Sequence record: DRR723986_6727 | Direction: 5' to 3' (one strand) | DNA length: 20,000 nucleotides | In this document: positions 8,023 to 15,421 of the stretch, piece after piece | How the letters are laid out: each line of letters begins with the position of its first letter | Numbering within the stretch: position 1 is the first letter of the stretch | Notes under the pieces: model-generated | What the model was told of the DNA's origin: nothing | The model's database searches: none | What the model saw: the letters and a program-made list of their open reading frames with translations, nothing else | Position numbers and translations under genes: made by a program

Positions 8023-9858
8023 ATGGCTGAAAATAAAACAAAACAAGCTGAAGTTGAAGCAACTGAAGCTACTACAGTTGAAGCTCCAGTAGTCTCTGAA
8101 GCTCAAGCAAACCCAGAAAAATTCTTAAAAGAGTTCGATTGGCACAATTACGAAGAAGGAATTGAGCAAGTAGCGGACAAAAAATTAGAAGAATTTGAAA
8201 AATTAGTATCTGAAAATTTCGTTGACACTTTAGATGATGACGTTGTTGAAGGAGAAGTAATTCATATTACAGATAGAGATGCTATTATTGATATCAATGC
8301 AAAATCAGAAGGTGTAATTTCTCTTAACGAGTTCCGTTACAACCCAGATTTAAAAGTTGGTGATAAAGTAGAAGTATTAATTGATGTGCGCGAAGATGCA
8401 ACAGGTCAGTTAGTATTATCTCACAGAAAAGCTCGTGTTATTAAAGCATGGGACAGAGTAAACAAAGCTCACGAAACTGGTGAAATCGTTAATGGTTTTG
8501 TAAAATGCAGAACTAAAGGAGGTATGATCGTTGACGTATTTGGTATAGAAGCGTTCTTGCCAGGTTCTCAAATCGATGTTAAGCCTATTAGAGATTACGA
8601 TCAGTACGTAAATAAAACTATGGAATTTAAAGTTGTGAAAATTAATCACGAATTTAAAAACATAGTAGTTTCTCATAAAGCACTTATTGAGGCTGATATT
8701 GAGGAGCAAAAGAAAGAAATCATTGGCCAGTTAGAAAAAGGACAAGTATTAGAAGGTATTGTGAAAAATATTACTTCTTATGGTGTGTTTATCGATCTTG
8801 GTGGTGTAGATGGTTTAGTTCATATTACAGATTTATCATGGTCTCGTATCAACCATCCAAATGAGATTGTTGAGTTAGATCAGAAATTAAATGTTGTAAT
8901 CCTTGATTTTGATGAAAACAAATCAAGAATCCAATTAGGTCTTAAGCAATTATCTAAGCATCCTTGGGAAGCTTTAGGTGAAGAAGTTAAAGTTGGTGAC
9001 AAAGTAAAAGGTAAAGTTGTTGTAATTGCAGATTACGGTGCATTTGTTGAAGTAGAAGAAGGAGTTGAAGGATTAGTTCACGTTAGTGAAATGTCTTGGT
9101 CAACACACTTACGTTCTGCGCAAGATTTCGTTTCTGTAGGAGATGAAATTGAAGCGGTAATCTTAACATTAGATAGAGAAGATCGTAAAATGTCACTTGG
9201 TATTAAGCAATTAACACCAGATCCATGGACGGATATCACTAAGAAATATCCTGTAGGTTCTAAGCACACAGGTATTGTACGTAACTTTACAAACTTTGGT
9301 GTTTTTGTTGAATTAGAAGAAGGTATCGACGGATTAATTTATATCTCAGATTTATCTTGGACTAAGAAAATAAAGCATCCATCTGAGTTCTGTAACGTAG
9401 GTGATAAATTAGACGTTGTTGTATTAGAATTAGATGTTCAAGGTCGTAAATTATCATTAGGACACAAACAGACTACTGAAAACCCTTGGGATAAGTACGA
9501 AACTGAGTTCGCTGTAGGTACAACTCATACTGCTGCTATTACTGAGATGGTAGATAAAGGTGCAACAATTGACTTTAATGATGATATCACTGCATTTATA
9601 CCTCAGCGTCATCTTGAAAAAGAGGATGGTTCTAAACTTAAGAAAGGTGAAGAAGTAGAATTTAAGATTATTGAATTCAATAAAGAATTTAAGCGTGTAG
9701 TAGCATCTCATACTGCAGTATTTAGAGAAGAGGAAGCTAAAATCGTTAAGCAAGCTGTTAAGAAAGCAGAAGCTCAAGCGGCAGAAGCTAAACCAACTTT
9801 AGGTGATGCAAATGATGCTTTACAAGCACTTAAAGATAAAATGGATGGGAAAAAATAA
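8023..9858 (+). CDS. rpsA: 30S ribosomal protein S1 (bS1)
   Basis: 611 aa with tandem S1 domains (AFLPGSQID, YGVFIDLGGVDGLVHITDLSW, YGAFVEVEEGVEGLVHVSEMSW, FGVFVELEEGIDGLIYISDLSW) and C-terminal TLGD. Near cmk. Confidence 0.98.
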   Translation: MAENKTKQAEVEATEATTVEAPVVSEAQANPEKFLKEFDWHNYEEGIEQVADKKLEEFEKLVSENFVDTLDDDVVEGEVIHITDRDAIIDINAKSEGVISLNEFRYNPDLKVGDKVEVLIDVREDATGQLVLSHRKARVIKAWDRVNKAHETGEIVNGFVKCRTKGGMIVDVFGIEAFLPGSQIDVKPIRDYDQYVNKTMEFKVVKINHEFKNIVVSHKALIEADIEEQKKEIIGQLEKGQVLEGIVKNITSYGVFIDLGGVDGLVHITDLSWSRINHPNEIVELDQKLNVVILDFDENKSRIQLGLKQLSKHPWEALGEEVKVGDKVKGKVVVIADYGAFVEVEEGVEGLVHVSEMSWSTHLRSAQDFVSVGDEIEAVILTLDREDRKMSLGIKQLTPDPWTDITKKYPVGSKHTGIVRNFTNFGVFVELEEGIDGLIYISDLSWTKKIKHPSEFCNVGDKLDVVVLELDVQGRKLSLGHKQTTENPWDKYETEFAVGTTHTAAITEMVDKGATIDFNDDITAFIPQRHLEKEDGSKLKKGEEVEFKIIEFNKEFKRVVASHTAVFREEEAKIVKQAVKKAEAQAAEAKPTLGDANDALQALKDKMDGKK

Positions 9859-9877
9859 TTCCTTGATTTTATAAATT

Positions 9878-9910
9878 AAAAAAGCCTCTCGTTTTCGAGA
9901 GGCTTTTTTT
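9878..9910 (+). terminator. Rho-independent terminator of rpsA
   Basis: AAAAAAGCCTCTCG-TTTT-CGAGAGGCTTTTTTT. Confidence 0.92.
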
Positions 9911-9924
9911 ATGAACAGCCAATA

Positions 9925-9955
9925 TTTGATACTCAAATAATTTAGCTTAACTTTG
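9925..9955 (+). promoter_or_regulatory. Bacteroidota sigmaA promoter for pyrR-pyrB-ORF-rnz
   Basis: -33 TTTG (9925-9928), 19-nt spacer, -7 TAACTTTG (9948-9955). Confidence 0.75.
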
Positions 9956-9980
9956 CCAACCAACAATGTTTGGATACTAC

Positions 9981-10520
9981 ATGAGTCAAAAAGTACTACT
10001 AAACTCTAACGAAGTCAATATCACACTACATCGATTGGCTTGCCAACTTATTGAAAACCATGATGATTTTAGTGAAACAGTTCTTATAGGTATACAGCCT
10101 AGAGGTAAATTTTTGGCAGATAGATTGGCACAATTATTATCTAAAGAATATAACATTAAAAATATTCAACTTGGCCATTTAGATATTACATTCTTTAGAG
10201 ATGATTTTAGAAGAGGAGACAAACCATTAGAAGCAAATACTACAATTATAGATTTTATTGTTGAAGATAAAAATGTCGTGTTTATTGATGATGTTTTATA
10301 TACTGGACGTAGTATCAGATCCGCACTAACTGCAATTCAGTCCTTTGGTAGGCCTAAAAATGTAGAATTATTAACCTTGATAGACCGCAGATTTAGTCGT
10401 CATCTCCCAATTCAACCCAATTATAAAGGAAGACAGGTAGATGCTATTGACAACCAAAAGGTAAAAGTTAATTGGGTAGAGAATGAAGGTGAAGATGTTG
10501 TGTATTTAATAGATAAATAA
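9981..10520 (+). CDS. pyrR: Bifunctional pyr operon regulator / uracil phosphoribosyltransferase PyrR
   Basis: GIQPRG, LDITFFRDD, PRPP-loop VVFIDDVLYTGRSIRSAL, LIDRRFSRHLPIQPNYKG. Adjacent to pyrB. Likely start is ATG 9981 (track: 9966). Confidence 0.95.
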   Translation: MSQKVLLNSNEVNITLHRLACQLIENHDDFSETVLIGIQPRGKFLADRLAQLLSKEYNIKNIQLGHLDITFFRDDFRRGDKPLEANTTIIDFIVEDKNVVFIDDVLYTGRSIRSALTAIQSFGRPKNVELLTLIDRRFSRHLPIQPNYKGRQVDAIDNQKVKVNWVENEGEDVVYLIDK

Positions 10521-10526
10521 AATAGT

Positions 10527-11456
10527 ATGAGTGAGTTAAGTGTAAATCACTTATTAGGAATAAAGTATCTTAATAAACAAGATATAGAATTGATTTTTGA
10601 AACTGCAGACCAGTTTAAGGAGGTTATCAATAGACCAATTAAAAAAGTTCCTTCACTAAGAGATATTACAATAGCTAATCTGTTTTTTGAAAACTCTACA
10701 CGCACAAAGTTGTCTTTTGAACTTGCCGAAAAACGATTATCTGCTGATGTTATTAATTTCTCTGCTTCACAGTCTTCAGTAAAAAAAGGAGAAACATTAA
10801 TTGATACTGTAAACAATATACTTTCAATGAAAGTAGATATGGTTGTAATGCGTCATCCAAAACCAGGAGCTGGTGTTTTCCTTTCTAAGTATGTTAATGC
10901 GAGTATTATAAATGCTGGTGATGGTGCGCATGAGCATCCAACACAAGCATTATTAGATTCATATTCCATAAGAGAAAAACTAGGAACTGTAAAGGGTAAA
11001 AAGGTTGTTATAGTAGGTGATATTCTTCATAGTAGAGTGGCCTTATCAAACATTTATGCCTTACAATTGCAAGGAGCAGAGGTTATGGTTTGTGGACCAA
11101 AAACATTGTTACCAAAATATATTTCAGAACTGGGCGTTAAAGTTGAAACTAATCTGAGAAAAGCTTTAGAGTGGTGTGATGTAGCAAATATGCTAAGAGT
11201 TCAAAATGAAAGGATGGATATAAGTTATTTCCCTTCTACAAGAGAATATACCCAGCAGTTTGGTGTAAACAAAGAACTTTTAGATAGTATTAAAAAAGAT
11301 ATTGTTATAATGCATCCAGGACCAATAAATCGTGGTGTAGAAATTACAAGCGATGTAGCAGATTCTAAACAAGCCATAATATTAGACCAAGTAGAGAATG
11401 GAGTAGCAGTGAGAATGGCGGTTATTTATTTACTCGCATCTAAAATAAAACAGTAA
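10527..11456 (+). CDS. pyrB: Aspartate carbamoyltransferase catalytic subunit
   Basis: FFENSTRTKLSFE, SSVKKGETL, INAGDGAHEHPTQALLD, GDILHSRVA, MHPGPINRGVEI. Confidence 0.98.
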   Translation: MSELSVNHLLGIKYLNKQDIELIFETADQFKEVINRPIKKVPSLRDITIANLFFENSTRTKLSFELAEKRLSADVINFSASQSSVKKGETLIDTVNNILSMKVDMVVMRHPKPGAGVFLSKYVNASIINAGDGAHEHPTQALLDSYSIREKLGTVKGKKVVIVGDILHSRVALSNIYALQLQGAEVMVCGPKTLLPKYISELGVKVETNLRKALEWCDVANMLRVQNERMDISYFPSTREYTQQFGVNKELLDSIKKDIVIMHPGPINRGVEITSDVADSKQAIILDQVENGVAVRMAVIYLLASKIKQ

Positions 11457-11459
11457 CCT

Positions 11460-11792
11460 ATGATAGTAGATAGAGATGGTAATATTACTATTATTACACA
11501 AGAGAAAGCCTCTGTAAAGACGTTAGTAAACAATATTGAACAAGCTTATGATAAATATAAAAACTATCATTTAATAGTTAATTTATCTAGTTTAGAAAAG
11601 ATTAGTCTAGAAGATATTATTGAATTTTTACGGTTAAGTAATACACACAGAGGTGACAAAAAATCTTTTGTAGTTGTGACTGAACATGCAGATTTAGATC
11701 AAATGCCAGATGAAATTGTGGTTGTACCAACACTTCATGAAGCTTACGATATTATTGAAATGGAAGATATAGAACGTGACCTAGAGTTTTAA
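11460..11792 (+). CDS. Small acidic uncharacterised protein, STAS-like alpha/beta pattern, directly upstream of RNase Z
   Basis: 110 aa with 3-nt gaps to both neighbours. HLIVNLSSLE...KSFVVVT...IVVVPTLHEAYD recalls STAS/anti-anti-sigma topology. No metallo-beta-lactamase motif. Confidence 0.75.
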   Translation: MIVDRDGNITIITQEKASVKTLVNNIEQAYDKYKNYHLIVNLSSLEKISLEDIIEFLRLSNTHRGDKKSFVVVTEHADLDQMPDEIVVVPTLHEAYDIIEMEDIERDLEF

Positions 11793-11795
11793 AGA

Positions 11796-12701
11796 ATGAA
11801 ACTTACGATCTTAGGCTGTCATAGTGCTACACCTCGAACCAACACTAATCCAACATCTCAGGTTTTAGAAATTAAAAACCATATGTTTCTTATAGATTGT
11901 GGAGAAGGTACACAAGTGGAGTTAAGGCGTAATAAGATTAAATTTTATCGGATTAAACATGTTTTTATTTCACACTTACATGGTGATCACTATTTTGGTT
12001 TAGTTGGTCTTATAAGCACTTTTAGATTATTAACCAGGGAAGCAGAATTACATATCTATGCACCAAAAGGGCTTAAGGAAGTAGTAACACTTCAAATGAA
12101 ATTATCAGATTCATGGACTAATTATCCGCTGATATTCCATGAGTTAAACTCAAAAGAATCAGAGCTAATATATGAAGATGATAAGGTCGAAGTGCATACA
12201 ATACCTTTAGATCATCGTATTTACACAAATGGTTTTTTATTTAAAGAAAAAGAAAATGATCGGAAGTTAGATATAGGTGCTGTATTAGATGCTAATATTA
12301 ATGTAGCTTATTATAGAAAACTAAAGCAAGGTGCAGATGTAGAAAATGAAGATGGTGTTTTAATTGATAATAAAAAAGTTACAAAGGATCCTGTTCCTGC
12401 AAAGAGCTATGCGTTTTGTAGTGATACCCTGTATAATGAATCAATTATACCAATTATTAAAAACACAACGGTTTTATATCACGAGTCTACTTTTTTAGAT
12501 AAAAATGAGGTACTTTGTGTACCTACTAAGCACAGTACTGCAAAGCAGGCAGCAACAATTGCTAAAAAGGCAAATGTACAGACCTTAATCCTTGGTCATT
12601 ATTCTACGAGATATAATGGTTATGATGAATTTAAATCAGAAGCTCAGGAAGTTTTTGATGACGTACTATTAGCAAAGGATGGCAAATCATTCGAGTTTTA
12701 G
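11796..12701 (+). CDS. rnz: Ribonuclease Z (tRNA 3' endonuclease)
   Basis: LTILGCHSATP, LIDCGEG, HLHGDH metal motif, exosite arm, SDT, HEST, HST, LGHYSTRY. Confidence 0.96.
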   Translation: MKLTILGCHSATPRTNTNPTSQVLEIKNHMFLIDCGEGTQVELRRNKIKFYRIKHVFISHLHGDHYFGLVGLISTFRLLTREAELHIYAPKGLKEVVTLQMKLSDSWTNYPLIFHELNSKESELIYEDDKVEVHTIPLDHRIYTNGFLFKEKENDRKLDIGAVLDANINVAYYRKLKQGADVENEDGVLIDNKKVTKDPVPAKSYAFCSDTLYNESIIPIIKNTTVLYHESTFLDKNEVLCVPTKHSTAKQAATIAKKANVQTLILGHYSTRYNGYDEFKSEAQEVFDDVLLAKDGKSFEF

Positions 12702-12742
12702 TAATTCGTTTCTATTTCAGTTTACATCAACTACTCTAAAAA

Positions 12743-13156
12743 TTATTGCAACTCCTTTAATTGATTTACCCAATTAATCGCTTCCTCTAAACTATGTGCC
12801 CTTTTTAAAGGTATAGAGGCAATCTGTTTTTCAATATTAGCACTTAAATAAGTAGAATCTCTATAACTAACTATTGAAGCAGCAATTAGAATACTGTCGT
12901 CTTTATCAAAAAAAAACCAAAGTACGGGATCGATAGAATATGAATTAACACGGTTGGCAATATAAGCCAAGTATTTATTGCTGCCATAATAATCCCTTAA
13001 TGATGAAAGTAAGATGTTAAGTTTGTCCCAATTAAAATGAACACCTTCATTTATTTCCATAATAAAGAAGTTTTTTAGTAAATAATAAGAACCATAAGGA
13101 AGTTCAACTTTTTCATATTTATGTGATTTCGCAAAGGGTGAGTTTTCAAAACACAT
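12743..13156 (-). CDS. Hypothetical protein, STAS/SEC14 (SpoIIAA-like) family typical of Flavobacteriaceae
   Basis: EINEGVHFNW, YIANRVNSYSIDPVLW and C-terminal SLEEAINWV. Confidence 0.7.
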   Translation of the reverse strand: MCFENSPFAKSHKYEKVELPYGSYYLLKNFFIMEINEGVHFNWDKLNILLSSLRDYYGSNKYLAYIANRVNSYSIDPVLWFFFDKDDSILIAASIVSYRDSTYLSANIEKQIASIPLKRAHSLEEAINWVNQLKELQ

Positions 13157-13202
13157 TAAGTTTTTTTTTCTAAATAAAAAATTGAATTATCTTAGTACTT
13201 CT

Positions 13203-13850
13203 ATGGAAAAAGACTTAAGCAACTACAGAAAATCTTACGAAAAGGGAGAGCTTTTAAAAGATAATATACCAGAAAATCCAATAGAATTATTTAGAAATTG
13301 GTTCTTAGAAGTAGATACACATTTTGATGTAGACGAAACTAATGCTATGACAATTTCTACTTTAGGTTTAGATGGCTATCCAAAAAGTAGAGTAGTACTA
13401 CTAAAAAAATATACATTCGAAGGTTTTATCTTTTACACCAATTATAATAGTGAGAAAGGTAAAGCAATTGAGAACAATCCTAACGTGTGTTTATCCTTTT
13501 TTTGGCACGCAGCAGAACGACAAGTTATAATAAAAGGAAAGGCTGAAAAAATATCTGGAAATTTAAGTGATGGTTATTTTGAATCGCGTCCAAGGGGAAG
13601 TCAACTTGGTGCCATTGTTTCTAATCAAAGTGAAGTCGTTAGAAATAGATTTGAATTAGAATCTAAACTGAAAGACCTAGAAAACAAATTAGAAGGTAAA
13701 GATATAGAACGACCAAAGCATTGGGGCGGTTATTTGGTTAGACCGGTTGAGATTGAATTTTGGCAAGGAAGACCTAATAGACTTCATGATAGAATCCGTT
13801 ATCAATTACAAAAAGACTACAATTGGAAAATTGATCGTTTAGCTCCATAA
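13203..13850 (+). CDS. pdxH: Pyridoxine/pyridoxamine 5'-phosphate oxidase
   Basis: SRVVLLK, FYTNYNSEKG, ERQVIIKG, YFESRPRGSQLGA, RPKHWGGY, IEFWQGRPNRLHDR. Likely ATG at 13203 (track uses TTG 13182). Confidence 0.97.
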   Translation: MEKDLSNYRKSYEKGELLKDNIPENPIELFRNWFLEVDTHFDVDETNAMTISTLGLDGYPKSRVVLLKKYTFEGFIFYTNYNSEKGKAIENNPNVCLSFFWHAAERQVIIKGKAEKISGNLSDGYFESRPRGSQLGAIVSNQSEVVRNRFELESKLKDLENKLEGKDIERPKHWGGYLVRPVEIEFWQGRPNRLHDRIRYQLQKDYNWKIDRLAP

Positions 13851-13860
13851 ACTATAGTTT

Positions 13861-13979
13861 TATTTCATCGATGAAATACATATAAAATCCGCTTTAATTC
13901 ACTTTTTTTAATTTTAAATGTGCATTTCATCGATGATTAACAATAAAAATCGACGAATGACATGCTTTTAATCGATTTT
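13861..13979. promoter_or_regulatory. Array of ATCGA-core repeats/palindromes upstream of the CAP gene (candidate transcription-factor operator)
   Basis: Perfect 18-bp palindrome TATTTCATCGATGAAATA (13861-13878), a second ATTTCATCGATGA (13924-13936), AATCGACGAA (13948-13957) and AATCGATTTT (13970-13979). Confidence 0.6.
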
Positions 13980-14048
13980 AACATTTAATTAACAAATTTA
14001 CATAAGTAGGCTATTAATTTAGTCATCCCGAACCCAAATAACCTACTT

Positions 14049-14546
14049 ATGAAAGTTACTAAACTATTGCCATTTTTGGCTATTGTTGCCCTCTTAGGCT
14101 TGACATCCTGCTCTACAGATAGTGCAGCAGAAGACAAAGTAAATTCAATAGAAGTTCCTATTGCTCCTCAAGCAAAACAAATAGAAATTGAGATTATGGA
14201 GCTAATTAATACCCATAGAATCAATCATGGCTTAAATCCATTATTAGATCATAATACTGTAAAAGCAGTTGCTTACACACATACGGATTATATGATAGAA
14301 GTAAATAACGTATCTCATGATAACTTCTTTCAAAGAAAACAAAGCTTACAAGATAATGCAGATGCCAATGTAGTATCAGAAAATGTTGCATACGGATTTA
14401 GTTCTGCTGCATCTGTAGTTAATGCTTGGCTAAATAGCCCAAGCCATAAAGAAAATATTGAAGGCGACTTCACAGATTTTGATGTTTCTGCCGAACAAAA
14501 TAATGAAGGTAAATGGTATTTTACTAATATCTTCATTAAGCGTTAA
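14049..14546 (+). CDS. CAP (SCP/PR-1)-domain lipoprotein
   Basis: Lipobox LTSC followed by acidic STDSAAED. CAP motifs INTHRINHGLNPL, VSHDNF, SENVAYG, WLNSPSHKENI. Confidence 0.93.
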   Translation: MKVTKLLPFLAIVALLGLTSCSTDSAAEDKVNSIEVPIAPQAKQIEIEIMELINTHRINHGLNPLLDHNTVKAVAYTHTDYMIEVNNVSHDNFFQRKQSLQDNADANVVSENVAYGFSSAASVVNAWLNSPSHKENIEGDFTDFDVSAEQNNEGKWYFTNIFIKR

Positions 14547-14577
14547 ACTGCGGAAAAAGTTGATTAATAGCAAAAAC

Positions 14578-14606
14578 AAAAAAGCCACATCTCTGTGGCT
14601 TTTTTT
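14578..14606. terminator. Rho-independent terminator (bidirectional) after the CAP gene
   Basis: AAAAAAGCCACA-TCTC-TGTGGCTTTTTTT. Confidence 0.9.
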
Positions 14607-14609
14607 AGT

Positions 14610-15302
14610 TTAAATCTTATTGTACTCTAACCAGTTTAACGGATGTTTCAGTTGTTTGGTATTGATCTCAAGATGAATTACTCGTCTTGGCTTATTGCTA
14701 ATTGTGCGGTTTGAGGCATGAATTTAAAGAGGTTTCATCAACATAACATCACCACAATTTATTTCACATGTTTTTTCCGTCGTTACATTCCAATCTTCAG
14801 GGTTTTTAAGGATAATGCCTTTATTATGTGATTTGGGTATAACTCTCAAAGCACCGTTTTCTTTAGTAGTATTATCTAAATATAGTCTTAATTTTAGTGT
14901 GCTTTTAAGAATGTCTAAGGGTGTGTGTACACCATTAATTCCATTTTTAAATGTCCAGCTATTATAACCTTCAATATCATGTTTTTTAGTTACTGAAATA
15001 TTTAAATCTTGATGAAAAGGTACAAACCAATTTGAGGATGGTGGTTTATCAAAGTAAATTGCTTTAGTAATAAAACAATTATTGCCCATTTATTTAAATA
15101 GTAATTTTTTAACCTTAGAATTAATTAATATCTCTTTTAATTCAGGAAAACTAAATAACAATCTTCTTATAGCAAATGGTTCATCTTAAGTTAATGTGTT
15201 TTTTGAAGATAATATGTTGAGAATAGATCTTAGCTCAGTGGAGGTATAGAGGTCACTGACAAAAGAATATCCATTACTATTTAATACAGAGAGATTGATA
15301 TA
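14610..15302 (-). pseudogene. Phytanoyl-CoA dioxygenase (PhyH)-family Fe(II)/2OG dioxygenase pseudogene
   Basis: One frame reads ...LNSNGYSFVSDLYTSTEL...T*DEPFAIRRLLFSFPELKEILINSKVKKLLFK*MGNNCFITKAIYFDKPPSSNWFVPFHQDL...ENGALRVIPKSHNKG...GDVMLMKPL*IHASNRTISNKPRRVIHLE...LNWLEYNKI*. In-frame TAA at 15186-15188, 15090-15092 and 14724-14726. No clear start codon, so the 5' boundary is approximate. Confidence 0.88.
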
Positions 15303-15369
15303 ACAAGGATTAAATGATTTAAGACCATTTAACGGTAGATAAAACTAATAATTGCATATTTTGTTTAAT

Positions 15370-15400
15370 AAAAAAAGCAAGCTCGTTAGAGCTTGCTTTT
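15370..15400 (-). terminator. Rho-independent terminator of the adhesin-PorP-OmpA locus
   Basis: Plus strand AAAAAAAGCAAGCTC-GTTA-GAGCTTGCTTTT; U7 tail on the minus strand, 21 nt after the OmpA stop. Confidence 0.9.
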
Positions 15401-15421
15401 CATTTAATTTTGAGGGTAAAA

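Noticed and set aside
8416..10816. Minus-strand ORFs 8416-8709, 9078-9269, 9457-9777 and 10547-10816
   Set aside because: Antisense shadows of rpsA and pyrB, caused by codon bias.
13861..13979. Repeats as a mini-CRISPR array or an IS end
   Set aside because: Cores are only 5-13 bp with a ~21-bp period, there are no spacers of CRISPR length, and no cas or transposase gene is nearby.
14610..15302. TAA read-through or an alternative genetic code in the PhyH gene
   Set aside because: TAA is the normal stop for most genes in this window (lon, cmk, rpsA, pyrB, pdxH). Pseudogenisation is simpler.
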